Positions 37,706 to 47,239 of a stretch of 56,048 bases of DNA are shown one piece after another; positions within the stretch are counted from its first letter, which is position 1; every line of letters begins with the position of its first letter. The stretch covers positions 1 to 56,048 of the forward strand of contig JAZNVP010000015.1 of assembly GCA_045592865.1 (NCBI GenBank), given 5' to 3'. Under the pieces are notes generated by a model. The model was not told where the DNA came from. It searched no databases and was given only the letters and a program-made list of their open reading frames with translations. This DNA is from Oscillospiraceae bacterium (GTDB lineage: Bacteria > Bacillota > Clostridia > Oscillospirales > JAGBHD01). The position numbers were made by a program, and so were the translations under genes.

Positions 37706-39056
37706 TTCTGTAAATCTCCAGATTGGTAAACCTTGTAAACCTGCTATCCCAGCCCATCTCTACCGTTCCGACCTCACCGTGACGGTTCTTAAGAACGATA
37801 CACTCTGCAACGTTTACCTTTTCTGATTCCTTGTTATAATAAGCGTCTCTGTATAGCGCGAGAACTATGTCGGCATCCTGCTCAATCGAACCCGATTCAC
37901 GAAGGTCGGCAAGCATAGGACGGTGATCGGTTCTTCCCTCAGGTCCACGCGAAAGCTGAGAAAGGGTTATAACCGGAACGTCGAGTTCTTTAGCCATGAT
38001 CTTAAGCGACCTTGTTATCTCGGAAACCTCTTGAACCCTGTTTCCGTCACTTCTTCTGCCCGAAGTCATAAGCTGAAGATAGTCGATAACAACAAGTCCC
38101 AAATCGGGAAGTCTTCTGAGTTTTGCCTTCATTTCGTTAACGGTAAGACCCGAAGTATCGTCAACGTAGATAGGAAGACGCGAAATATCCGCAGAAGCGG
38201 CGCAGATCCTCTTCCACTCCTCTTCATCAAGTTCACCCGTTCTCATCTTGGTGCTCTCAACGCTCGATTCGGAAGCGAGAATTCTGTTAACAAGCTGCTC
38301 GTTAGACATCTCGAGAGAAAACATCGCAACCTTTTTCCCGCTTCTTTTTGCAGCGTTAACCGCAATATTAAGCGCAAAACTCGTCTTACCCATCGCAGGA
38401 CGTGCCGCAATGAGAATTAAGTCTGATTTATTAAGTCCCGTCAGAGTCTTATCAAGAAGCGAATAACCCGTGGGAATTCCGCGGTATTTGTCCTTATCGG
38501 CACCGCTTAACTTCTGAAGCGTATCGAACGCCTCAACCATAACCTCGTCTATCTTAACAAGACCGTTATTCTGTTTTCCCTGCCTTATCTCGTAGATCTT
38601 TCTCTCCGCCATCTCCAAAAGAAGATCGGCATCGGCGTGTCCGCCCTTGGCTTCCTCAATTATCTCGCCCGATATATTAACAAGCATTCTGAGATAATGC
38701 TTCTCGCGAACGATCTTCGCATAAGCCTCAACGTTCACAACCGCAGGAACAAGTTCAACGAGCTGACTGAGATACATCTTCGCGTCCTCAGTCGTCTCAA
38801 AAACCTTTTCCTTACAAGCCTCTTCCAGAACGGTAACAAAGTCTATAGGCTTGTATCCCGCGAACATCAAGGTCATGATCGAGAAAAGCTTTTTATGAAC
38901 TTCCTTATAGAAACATTCGGGGGAACTTATGTATTGAAGCACAGTATCAATGCATTTTGAGTCAACGAGAATAGAGCCGAGCAGCGACTGTTCAGCCTCA
39001 AGATTATAAGGAAGATATTCCTTTAAATTTCCGTCGAACAATATTTCGTCAGCCAT
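37695..39056 (-). CDS. dnaB: Replicative DNA helicase
   Basis: PYNLEAEQSLLGSIL N-terminus and Walker A ARPAMGKTSF. The ATG at 39056 is preferred. The ORF-track start at 39113 would overlap rplI. Confidence 0.9.
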   Translation of the reverse strand: MADEILFDGNLKEYLPYNLEAEQSLLGSILVDSKCIDTVLQYISSPECFYKEVHKKLFSIMTLMFAGYKPIDFVTVLEEACKEKVFETTEDAKMYLSQLVELVPAVVNVEAYAKIVREKHYLRMLVNISGEIIEEAKGGHADADLLLEMAERKIYEIRQGKQNNGLVKIDEVMVEAFDTLQKLSGADKDKYRGIPTGYSLLDKTLTGLNKSDLILIAARPAMGKTSFALNIAVNAAKRSGKKVAMFSLEMSNEQLVNRILASESSVESTKMRTGELDEEEWKRICAASADISRLPIYVDDTSGLTVNEMKAKLRRLPDLGLVVIDYLQLMTSGRRSDGNRVQEVSEITRSLKIMAKELDVPVITLSQLSRGPEGRTDHRPMLADLRESGSIEQDADIVLALYRDAYYNKESEKVNVAECIVLKNRHGEVGTVEMGWDSRFTRFTNLEIYRNEN

Positions 39057-39075
39057 TTCACCCTTACCCCTTTTT

Positions 39076-39525
39076 TTACTGCATTTCCACCGAGACGGTA
39101 ACCGAAGCGGCAATACCCGTCATAAACTTGACCTCGGCGGTGTATCTTCCGAAATTCTTTATATCTCCCGAAAGACTGATCTTTTTCTTATCAACCTCAA
39201 TGCCGAATTCCTTCTTTATCGCATCGGCAATATCCTTTGAGGTTACAGAGCCGAAAAGCCTTGCTCCGTCGGCTCCTGCTTTTGCACGTATAACAACCGT
39301 CTTGCCCGAAATAGCAGCCTTGTTTTTCTCTGCCTCAGCAACCGCAACGTCGTGCTTGTGCTGTTCCGAACTGTGCTTCTGTTTAAGCTCATTAAGTGCG
39401 CTGGGTGTTGCTTCCACAGCGAGATTTTTCTTCAAAAGGCAGTTTTTTGCGTATCCGTCGGAAACGTTAACGATGTCTCCCTTTTTTCCGCTGCCTTTAA
39501 CGTCTGCAGTTAAAATAACCTTCAT
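39076..39525 (-). CDS. rplI: 50S ribosomal protein L9
   Basis: [28 protein letters not shown]. The ATG at 39525 follows AAGGAGG. Confidence 0.9.
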   Translation of the reverse strand: MKVILTADVKGSGKKGDIVNVSDGYAKNCLLKKNLAVEATPSALNELKQKHSSEQHKHDVAVAEAEKNKAAISGKTVVIRAKAGADGARLFGSVTSKDIADAIKKEFGIEVDKKKISLSGDIKNFGRYTAEVKFMTGIAASVTVSVEMQ

Positions 39526-39541
39526 TTTTTCAGCCTCCTTC

Positions 39542-41389
39542 TTAAACCTCAAGAACAATGGGAAGAATCATGGGTCTTCTCTTTGTTTTCATATAAACGT
39601 AGTTTCCTGCCGCATCCTTGACCTTGGTCTTTATAACGCTCCAGTCTTTAACGTTTCTGTCCTCTAAAGACCTTAGCATACTATCTATCGCGTTTTTCAT
39701 GCCTTCCATTAACTCTTCAGACTCTCTGACGTAAACAAATCCTCTCGAAATAATCTCAGGTCCCGAAACCACAGCCTTGCTTCCGGGCATCATACCCATA
39801 ACGATTATGATTATTCCGTCCTCAGCAAGATGCTTCCTGTCTCGAAGAACGATGCTTCCAACGTCGCCAACCCCAAGTCCGTCAACCATCACCTGACCCG
39901 ACGGCACCGTCTCACCGACAGATACCTTGTCGCTTTTCAGTTCAATCGTCTTGCCTATATCCCCGAGAATAATGTTTTCCTTCTTCATTCCGAGTGAAAG
40001 GGCAAGTTTTTCCTGCTTTTTAAGGTGCTTGTATTCACCGTGAACGGGAATAAAAAACTTAGGTCTTGTAAGCCCCAGAATAAGCTTTAACTCTTCTTGA
40101 CAGGCGTGGCCCGAAACGTGAACGTCATACATTCTCTCGTATATAACCTCGGCACCGAGCCTCATAAGATCGTTAACGACCCTGCTTACGAACTTTTCAT
40201 TTCCGGGAATGGGGGTCGCCGAAATTATGATAAAATCTTCGGGTCCAACGCTAACCTGACGGTGTTCACCCGAAGCCATTCTCGAAAGAGCGCTCATCGG
40301 TTCACCCTGGCTTCCCGTTGTTATAACAACAAGCTCCTGAGGAGTGAATTTTTTTATGCTCTCGATAGGAGTAAGCACTCCATCGGGAACCGAAAGATAC
40401 CCGAGTTCAATTGCCTTTTCGGCAACGTTACTCATGCTTCTTCCCGAAATAGCAACCTTTCTCTTGTGTTTCACCGCAAGATCAACGATCTGCTGAATTC
40501 TGTGAATATTAGAACTGAAGGTCGCAATAATTATTCTCTTGTTTCCCGCAGCCGCAAAAAGCTTCTCGAAGGACTCACCAACAGTTCTCTCACTCATAGT
40601 GCTTCCGGGGCGCTCTGCGTTAGTGGAATCCGCCATCAAGGCAAGAACCCCTGATGAGCCGAGTTCTCCGAAACGCGCAAGGTCGATAACCTCGCCGCCG
40701 ATCGGGTTACTGTCTATCTTAAAATCTCCCGTGTGAACTATCGTTCCCTGCGGAGTCTTTATAGCAAAACCGACCGCATCGGGAATAGAGTGGTTGACTC
40801 TTATAAATTCAACCTCGAATATTCCCGAGCGTATTTTATCGCGCGGAGAAACGTTAACAAGCTTCGCCGTCGAAAGATTTCCCTTCTCGCGAAGTTTTCC
40901 CTCTATAAGACCTATCGTGAGCCTGGTTGCATAAACGGGACAGTTTATAACGTCGCATAAATAAGGAAGTGCTCCGATATGGTCCTCATGTCCGTGGGTT
41001 ATAAATACGGCTTTAACCTTGTCCTTTATTTTCTCGATATATGAAAAATCGGGGATAACAAGGTCAACTCCGAGCATGTCCTCATCGGGAAAAGCAAGTC
41101 CGCAGTCAACGATTATCGCGTCGTTTCCGTATTCAAATACGGTCATATTCTTGCCGATCTCGTTAAGTCCGCCAAGCGAAACTATCTTAACAGGCTCCAA
41201 AACCTTTTCCTTTTTAACCGTTTTTTTGTTATTATACGCAGGTTTGCGAACCGACGGTTTGCGGTTCTTCTGCGCGGAATAACCCTTGTTTGCAGGTTTT
41301 TCCTTTTTTGCTGACTCTCCACCTTTTTTTGTTTTCTGACGATTATAAGACGGGGTCGGTTTTTTCAAATCTTCTGTTTTTTTGTTCAC
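39542..41389 (-). CDS. rnj: Ribonuclease J with a Lys-rich N-terminal extension of about 65 aa
   Basis: Metallo-beta-lactamase/beta-CASP motifs ([20 protein letters not shown]). GTG start 9 nt after GAAGGAG. No internal Met occurs before the catalytic core. Confidence 0.85.
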   Translation of the reverse strand: MNKKTEDLKKPTPSYNRQKTKKGGESAKKEKPANKGYSAQKNRKPSVRKPAYNNKKTVKKEKVLEPVKIVSLGGLNEIGKNMTVFEYGNDAIIVDCGLAFPDEDMLGVDLVIPDFSYIEKIKDKVKAVFITHGHEDHIGALPYLCDVINCPVYATRLTIGLIEGKLREKGNLSTAKLVNVSPRDKIRSGIFEVEFIRVNHSIPDAVGFAIKTPQGTIVHTGDFKIDSNPIGGEVIDLARFGELGSSGVLALMADSTNAERPGSTMSERTVGESFEKLFAAAGNKRIIIATFSSNIHRIQQIVDLAVKHKRKVAISGRSMSNVAEKAIELGYLSVPDGVLTPIESIKKFTPQELVVITTGSQGEPMSALSRMASGEHRQVSVGPEDFIIISATPIPGNEKFVSRVVNDLMRLGAEVIYERMYDVHVSGHACQEELKLILGLTRPKFFIPVHGEYKHLKKQEKLALSLGMKKENIILGDIGKTIELKSDKVSVGETVPSGQVMVDGLGVGDVGSIVLRDRKHLAEDGIIIIVMGMMPGSKAVVSGPEIISRGFVYVRESEELMEGMKNAIDSMLRSLEDRNVKDWSVIKTKVKDAAGNYVYMKTKRRPMILPIVLEV

Positions 41390-41593
41390 TAATAATTCTC
41401 CTTCAAAACTACCTTCCGTTCCCTCATTAACTATATGTAAGACAAGACTTCACCCAAAGATGAAGCCTTCATTAAAAGCAGTGGTCACGAACAATTCGGG
41501 ACTCTCTCCCTATTCGGCGAAAGCCGAAAACACCGCAGATAAGCTCTGCAAAAAATTGCAGAAAGAACGAACACTTTTGTTAAATAAATATTA

Positions 41594-43900
41594 CTATTTT
41601 TTCGGCCCTATGTCAAGTTTTGTTTTTCCCGTTACTATATTTTCCATTCTCTCCGAAAGTTCCCTCGAAAATTCGGTGGAAACCGCCTCGCAAAACATTT
41701 TCGCCGCCTTCCCTGAGCGAAGCAGGCTCAGATAAACCGAGCCGAGTTCATCCTCGTAGTAGACTCCCTCTTCCAAGGGCTCTCCCGAACGGGCAGAAAT
41801 CTCGGAAATAATATCCCTTCCCGAAGGGCCCAGTTCAACAACACTCTCAGAAATTTCAAACGGCGGCAGGAGCTTCAGCGCCGAATCAATATCAAGCCGC
41901 GCCTCTTTTAAAAAAGCATAGACCGAAATAACAAGATTTATTCCGTCCCGCAAAAAGTCCTGCTTTTTGGCAAGGGCTAACGCCTCGGTTTCCGAAGCAC
42001 TTATCGGAACACTGCTGAACCTTAAGACCCTTCGCCCGTAAAACTGTGCAATTTTTTCTATAACCCGAGGTGCCGAAAAAGGAAGCGCTATGTCCTCTCC
42101 TTTGATAAAAACACCGATAGCCATAAGGCATAAAAGCTTGTGATACGAAACAAATCCCGACTTTTTTGAAAACCCGCTCACCCGAGTGCCGTCGGCATTA
42201 AGGCAAAACACCATCTCCCCCGGCAAAACACCGAGCCTTTTTAATATCCTGTCGGCAACTGCCTTAAGCCTTCCCGAAGAGCAAACGAACGAAAACCTAT
42301 CCTTTATTCCCTTTGGGCAAAGAGCCACCGCGCTATCAATGTATTCCTCATCCGAAACACCTGCCGTTTCTATTTTCCCCACCGCTTTTTCGGGGGTGAA
42401 ATAATGTTCTCCTCTGAAATAATTTCCCTCTATCTTCCGTTCGGCTTCGCGGGATAAAGATAGGTTACCCGACCCGAAAAACCTAACCGAGCAAACCTTA
42501 TCAGAACGAATGAAAACCGCAGTATCAAACCCTTCCTCTCTTGCATAAAACAGGAATTCCGATAACGGTAGAAACGGCAAAAACAAAGCGTCCTTCTGAG
42601 AAAAGGCTATCCCCGACAAAAAAGACAAGGAAAGGGTGTAAGCCGTCTTTGAATCGGCACAGCCAACAACCGTCTTTCCCTCAAGAGCGCCAACGCTTCG
42701 CCCGAGTCTTAAAAGCTTTTCGGGGGTTATCTCAATACCCGCCTCTCCCGAAATTCCGTCATCCGAGAAAATTTCGGGCGCCTCTGTATGAAACTGAACG
42801 TTTTCAAGCGCCACCGAACACCTCGCCACCTCTTTTAACGGCCACACCTTAACAAACGGAAGCACCACCGCATTCTCTCCTACAGTGGAGCCAAAGCCGA
42901 TAACCGCCTGTTCGTAAACCGAAGCCGACCTTTTTACGTGGGCGCCTCGGTCTATAACCGCGCCCGTAACACTCGCACAAGAACCTATAGCGGCACCCCG
43001 AAGCACCACTCCGCCCTTTATCCGCGCGCCTTTCTCTATTATCGCGCCCCTTTCAATAACACTCCCCCTGTCTATCACCGCCGACCTTTCCACCGTTACC
43101 CCTTCGTCAATAAAAACAGGTGGGGTCAGTTTCACGTTCTCGGGAACAGAGCTTTTAATTATATTTCCGTCACAGTCAAACGGGAGAGAACATTTAACCC
43201 TTTTAAAAAGAAGGTCCTCCTGGCAGGAAATATAAGACTTAACGCTCCCGATATCGCACCAATAACCTTTTTCTTCATAAACGAAAATCGGCATCTTTCT
43301 GTCTATAAGCATTGGAAAAATATCTTTTGCAAAATCCGAAGGCTTCCCCTCTTCAATAAGGTCGAGAATATCCCGCGAAATAATATAAATTCCCGTATTC
43401 GCAAGACCGCCCGTAACCTTCGAGAAATCGGGCTTTTCCAAAAAACTTGTCACCCGAAGGTCGCTGTCGAAATTAATAAGCCCGTATTCTCTGGGGTCGG
43501 AAACCTTTTTGGCAATAATCGTAACGGGAGACCTTCGCCTTTTGTGAAACTCTATCGCCCCTTTTAAATCAAAATCGCATAGCGCGTCACCGCTTATTAT
43601 GAGAATATCCTCATCTTCACCTTTAGCCGAAAACTTAACGCATCCCGCCGTCCCGAGCGGCATTTCTTCCTCAGAAAACCGAAGCCTTATACCGAAATCT
43701 CGGTCTTTGAGATGCTCCTTTAATTTATGCCCTTGGTAACCTAACGTGACGGTCGCACTGTCAATTCCGTTTTTTGTTAGAAGTTCAAGAATATACTCAA
43801 TAACAGGCTTTCCAAGTATCTGAAGCAACGGCTTAGGCTTGTCGCAAGTAAGAGGACGAAGTCTTTCTCCCTTTCCTCCCGCCAAAATAATCGTTTCCAT
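41594..43900 (-). CDS. Sugar-1-phosphate nucleotidyltransferase fused to a left-handed beta-helix and a degenerate PGM/PMM-like domain
   Basis: N-terminus ILAGGKGERLRPLTCDKPKPLL and hexapeptide-repeat middle (IIEKGARIKGGVVLRGAAIGS...). The C-terminal half has the length of a phosphohexomutase but lacks the TASHNP and DGDxDR motifs. Confidence 0.65.
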   Translation of the reverse strand: METIILAGGKGERLRPLTCDKPKPLLQILGKPVIEYILELLTKNGIDSATVTLGYQGHKLKEHLKDRDFGIRLRFSEEEMPLGTAGCVKFSAKGEDEDILIISGDALCDFDLKGAIEFHKRRRSPVTIIAKKVSDPREYGLINFDSDLRVTSFLEKPDFSKVTGGLANTGIYIISRDILDLIEEGKPSDFAKDIFPMLIDRKMPIFVYEEKGYWCDIGSVKSYISCQEDLLFKRVKCSLPFDCDGNIIKSSVPENVKLTPPVFIDEGVTVERSAVIDRGSVIERGAIIEKGARIKGGVVLRGAAIGSCASVTGAVIDRGAHVKRSASVYEQAVIGFGSTVGENAVVLPFVKVWPLKEVARCSVALENVQFHTEAPEIFSDDGISGEAGIEITPEKLLRLGRSVGALEGKTVVGCADSKTAYTLSLSFLSGIAFSQKDALFLPFLPLSEFLFYAREEGFDTAVFIRSDKVCSVRFFGSGNLSLSREAERKIEGNYFRGEHYFTPEKAVGKIETAGVSDEEYIDSAVALCPKGIKDRFSFVCSSGRLKAVADRILKRLGVLPGEMVFCLNADGTRVSGFSKKSGFVSYHKLLCLMAIGVFIKGEDIALPFSAPRVIEKIAQFYGRRVLRFSSVPISASETEALALAKKQDFLRDGINLVISVYAFLKEARLDIDSALKLLPPFEISESVVELGPSGRDIISEISARSGEPLEEGVYYEDELGSVYLSLLRSGKAAKMFCEAVSTEFSRELSERMENIVTGKTKLDIGPKK

Positions 43901-44027
43901 TTTTTAACCCCTTGTTATTTTTTTATATTCTTTACGGGAAATTTAAAAAAATTCTATTAAATAAGCCTATTGTTAAAATGAGAAAATAGTTGTATAATCG
44001 GTATAATAAAACAAATCGGAGAAAAAT

Positions 44028-44465
44028 ATGAAAGAAGTTATTATATACACAGACGGCGCCTGCAGCGGAAACCCCGGACCGGGAGGATACTGTGCAATAC
44101 TTACCTACGAAGAATATGAAAAGGTAGTCTCGGGCGGCGAAGCGAATACCACCAATAACAGAATGGAGCTCTCGGCAGTAGTCTTCGGACTTCGGGCTTT
44201 AAAAGAGCCCTGCGAAGTAAGGGTCGTAACCGATAGTAAATACTTTTCCGATGCTCTCGAGAAGGGTTGGCTTTCCGGCTGGGTCAAAAAAGGTTGGCGA
44301 AAAGCCAACAACAGTCCCGTTCTTAACACGGATCTCTGGGAAGAAATCCTCTCTCTTCTTAAGGTTCACAAAGTAACGGTCGATTGGATAAAGGGCCACG
44401 CAGGTCACCCGATGAACGAACGGTGTGATAAAATTGCGGTCGAAGAGAGCAAAAAGTTCAAATAA
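44028..44465 (+). CDS. rnhA: Ribonuclease HI
   Basis: IYTDGACSGNPGPGGY, TNNRMEL, DSKY, and WIKGHAGHPMNERCD. Confidence 0.9.
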   Translation: MKEVIIYTDGACSGNPGPGGYCAILTYEEYEKVVSGGEANTTNNRMELSAVVFGLRALKEPCEVRVVTDSKYFSDALEKGWLSGWVKKGWRKANNSPVLNTDLWEEILSLLKVHKVTVDWIKGHAGHPMNERCDKIAVEESKKFK

Positions 44466-44469
44466 GGCA

Positions 44470-44498
44470 TTGAAAATCAAGAAATAAAGGTATATAAT
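44470..44498 (+). promoter_or_regulatory. Sigma-A promoter candidate for nifS-nifU-mnmA (TTGAAA-17-TATAAT)
   Basis: TTGAAA at 44470-44475, 17 nt spacer, TATAAT at 44493-44498. Confidence 0.6.
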
Positions 44499-44534
44499 GT
44501 AGTGTGGACCGTTTTTATGCAAAAGGAGTTAAAA

Positions 44535-45713
44535 ATGAATAGATTTATATATGTTGATAACGCTGCAACAACGAAGCTTTCGCCGAAAGTTTTAGAAGCA
44601 ATGCAGCCTTATTTCTTGGAGGAATACGGAAACCCGAGCAGTATCTATGCTCTTGGCAGACGTTCCAAAAAAGCAATTGAAGACGCAAGAAGCGAGGTTG
44701 CCCGTCTTATCGGTGCCGAGCCTAAAGAGATCTTCTTCACCTCTTCGGGAACCGAAAGCGATAACTGGGCAATATTCGGAACCGCAAGAAGACTTCTTTC
44801 TAAAGGAAAGAACCACATTATCACTTCCGCTATAGAGCACCACGCAGTTCTTCACGCAGTTGCCGCTCTCGAAAAAGAGGGCTTCGAGGTAACCATTCTT
44901 CCCGTTAGTTCGGAAGGCTTTGTAGATCCCGAGGACGTTAAAAACGCAATAACCGATAAAACCGCCCTCGTAACAATAATGTATGCCAATAACGAGATAG
45001 GAACCGTTCAGCCTATCAAGGAAATTGCAGATATATGCCGCGAGAAAAAGGTCTATTTCCATACCGATGCCGTTCAGGCGGCAACCCATATTCCGATAGA
45101 CGTTAAAGAACTCGGCGTTGATATGCTTTCGATGTCGGCTCATAAGTTCCACGGACCTAAGGGAATAGGCATTTTCTATAAGAGAAAAGGCGCCGTTATA
45201 AATCAGCTTATGTATGGCGGAGGTCAGGAAAACGGCAAACGCCCCGCAACCGAAAACACCGCGTTTATCGTTGGTGCGGCTGAAGCCTTAAAAGAAGGCT
45301 GCGAAGGCTTAGAGAAAAGAGAAGAAAAACTCGGAGTCTTAAGAGACAGGCTCTGGGAAGGACTTAAATCGATCCCCAAGTGCCGCCTCAACGGTTCATT
45401 AGATAACCGTCTCAAAGGCAATCTCAACGTTTCCTTCGAGGGTGTTGAGGGCGAAGCGATCCTTCTTATGCTTGATAACAAAGGAATTGCCGCTTCCTCA
45501 GGCTCTGCCTGCACCTCGGGCGATCTTGACCCGAGCCACGTGCTTCTCGCTATCGGTTTAAAACATGAGGTAGCCCACGGAAGCGTCAGATATTCTCTCT
45601 CAGAAGATATAACAGAAGAGGATATCGATTATATAATCGAAGCCACCAAAGAGGTGATCGCGCGTCTTCGCGAAATGTCGCCCGTTTGGGAAAAGATAAA
45701 GAACGAAATCTAA
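44535..45713 (+). CDS. nifS: Cysteine desulfurase (NifS/IscS type)
   Basis: PLP-lysine SAHKFHGPKG and catalytic loop SSGSACTS. The ATG at 44535 follows AAAGGAG. The ORF-track start at 44502 is an extension. Confidence 0.9.
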   Translation: MNRFIYVDNAATTKLSPKVLEAMQPYFLEEYGNPSSIYALGRRSKKAIEDARSEVARLIGAEPKEIFFTSSGTESDNWAIFGTARRLLSKGKNHIITSAIEHHAVLHAVAALEKEGFEVTILPVSSEGFVDPEDVKNAITDKTALVTIMYANNEIGTVQPIKEIADICREKKVYFHTDAVQAATHIPIDVKELGVDMLSMSAHKFHGPKGIGIFYKRKGAVINQLMYGGGQENGKRPATENTAFIVGAAEALKEGCEGLEKREEKLGVLRDRLWEGLKSIPKCRLNGSLDNRLKGNLNVSFEGVEGEAILLMLDNKGIAASSGSACTSGDLDPSHVLLAIGLKHEVAHGSVRYSLSEDITEEDIDYIIEATKEVIARLREMSPVWEKIKNEI

Positions 45714-45732
45714 CAGTTAAAAGGAGAAAGCT

Positions 45733-46167
45733 ATGTTATACAGTGATAAGGTTCTCGACCATTTCACCAACCCGAGAAACGTTGGCGAGATCGAAAATGC
45801 CGACGGTGTCGGCGAGGTTGGTAACGCAAAGTGCGGAGATATCATGAAAATGTATCTCAAGGTTGATGACGGCGTTATAACCGATATTAAATTCAAAACC
45901 TTCGGATGCGGTGCCGCTATTGCAACAAGCTCCATCGCAACCGAGCTTATAATCGGAAAGACCGTTGCAGAAGCATTAAAGGTAACCAATAAAGCAGTTA
46001 TCGAAGCGCTCGACGGTCTGCCCCCCGCTAAAATTCATTGCTCGGTTCTTGCAGAACAGGCTTTGAAAGCGGCCATCAGCGATTATTATAAGAGGCAGGG
46101 CATCGATCCTCTCCCGATAGTCGGAGAGATCGGAGACTGTGAAGCCTGCCACGCTCACCATGAGTAA
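45733..46167 (+). CDS. nifU: Fe-S cluster scaffold protein (NifU/IscU N-terminal type)
   Basis: NPRNVGE, GNAKCGD, FGCGAAIA and IHCSVLAE, which carry the three scaffold cysteines. Confidence 0.9.
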   Translation: MLYSDKVLDHFTNPRNVGEIENADGVGEVGNAKCGDIMKMYLKVDDGVITDIKFKTFGCGAAIATSSIATELIIGKTVAEALKVTNKAVIEALDGLPPAKIHCSVLAEQALKAAISDYYKRQGIDPLPIVGEIGDCEACHAHHE

Positions 46168-47188
46168 AATACTGATTGCATTAAGCGGCGGAGTTGACTC
46201 TGCCGTCGTTGCAGAAAAACTTAAAAATGACGGGCATAAAGTCGAGGGTCTGTTTTTAAAGATGTCTCCTCTCCACGAAAACGGTGAAGAGGCCGCTAAA
46301 AGCACGGCGGACGCGCTCGGAATTCCCCTTCATATAGAAAACGCCACCGACCTTTTCAGTTCGGTGGTTATTTCCGATTTTCTGAATGAATATCTGAGCG
46401 GCAGGACCCCAAACCCCTGCATAATCTGTAACCCGCTTGTTAAATTCAAGCTTTTATACGATTTTGCCGTCAAAAACGGATTTGAAAAGATTGCAACGGG
46501 TCATTGGGCAAACCTAAAAGAAGAAAACGGCAAAAATTACGTCTCGGTAGCCCAAAACCGCAAAAAAGACCAGTCTTATATGCTCTACAGACTGCCCAAA
46601 GAAATTCTCGATATGCTAATCTTCCCGCTCGGCAATATTTCGGACAAAGCAGAGGTCAGAGAGATAGCGAAAAACGCCTCTCTCCCCAATTTCGCTTCTC
46701 CCGACAGTCAGGAGATATGTTTTATCGAGGGAGATTACAGTGAATATATCAAAGACCGATGCAAAAACATTAAATCGGGCTTTTTCATAGGCCCCGAAGG
46801 TGAAAACCTCGGTAGGCATAAGGGAATTATAAACTACACCGTCGGTCAGAGAAAAGGCCTCGGGGTTTCCTATAATTCTCCGCTCTACGTTAAAAGCATA
46901 AATGCAGAAAACGGAAACGTTTACCTCTGCCGTTCGGGCGAAGAATACTTCACCCACCTCTATCTCAGTAAGGTTTTCTTTCCTTACGCGGAAGAAAACA
47001 CCTTTAACGCTTCAGTCAAGGTGCGTTACAGTGCCTCGGGCGAGGAAGCAAAGGTAACAGTTCTTGAAAACGGAGACGCCGAAGTTATATTTGGGTGCCC
47101 CGTCAGAGCCGCCTGTCCGGGACAGTCCGCGGTATTCTATCGGGGAGACACCGTCATCGGCGGCGGTATAATTCTAAGCAGTAAATAA
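46160..47188 (+). CDS. mnmA: tRNA-specific 2-thiouridylase
   Basis: PP-loop ALSGGVDS, NPCIICN, DQSY. The ATG at 46160 overlaps the nifU stop (ATGAGTAA). Confidence 0.9.
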   Translation: MSKILIALSGGVDSAVVAEKLKNDGHKVEGLFLKMSPLHENGEEAAKSTADALGIPLHIENATDLFSSVVISDFLNEYLSGRTPNPCIICNPLVKFKLLYDFAVKNGFEKIATGHWANLKEENGKNYVSVAQNRKKDQSYMLYRLPKEILDMLIFPLGNISDKAEVREIAKNASLPNFASPDSQEICFIEGDYSEYIKDRCKNIKSGFFIGPEGENLGRHKGIINYTVGQRKGLGVSYNSPLYVKSINAENGNVYLCRSGEEYFTHLYLSKVFFPYAEENTFNASVKVRYSASGEEAKVTVLENGDAEVIFGCPVRAACPGQSAVFYRGDTVIGGGIILSSK

Positions 47189-47192
47189 AAAA

Positions 47193-47231
47193 TGTCAGTC
47201 GATGAAACCTGACAAAAAACAAAACAAGGAG
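47193..47231 (+). promoter_or_regulatory. preQ1-I riboswitch (translational; SD embedded in the 3' tail)
   Basis: UGUCAG-UCGAUGAAAC-CUGACA-AAAAACAAAACAAGGAG. The P1 helix is 47193-47198 / 47209-47214. The A-rich tail AACAAAACAAGG is identical to the tail of the Thermoanaerobacter tengcongensis preQ1-I aptamer as I remember it. The downstream gene is queT. Confidence 0.8.
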
Positions 47232-47239
47232 TGTTTAAA

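Noticed and set aside
41390-41593. Possible riboswitch or small RNA gene in the 204-nt gap upstream of rnj.
   Set aside because: It contains hairpins but nothing matching any riboswitch, tRNA, 6S, SRP or tmRNA signature that I know. It is kept only as a structured-leader note within the RNase J finding.
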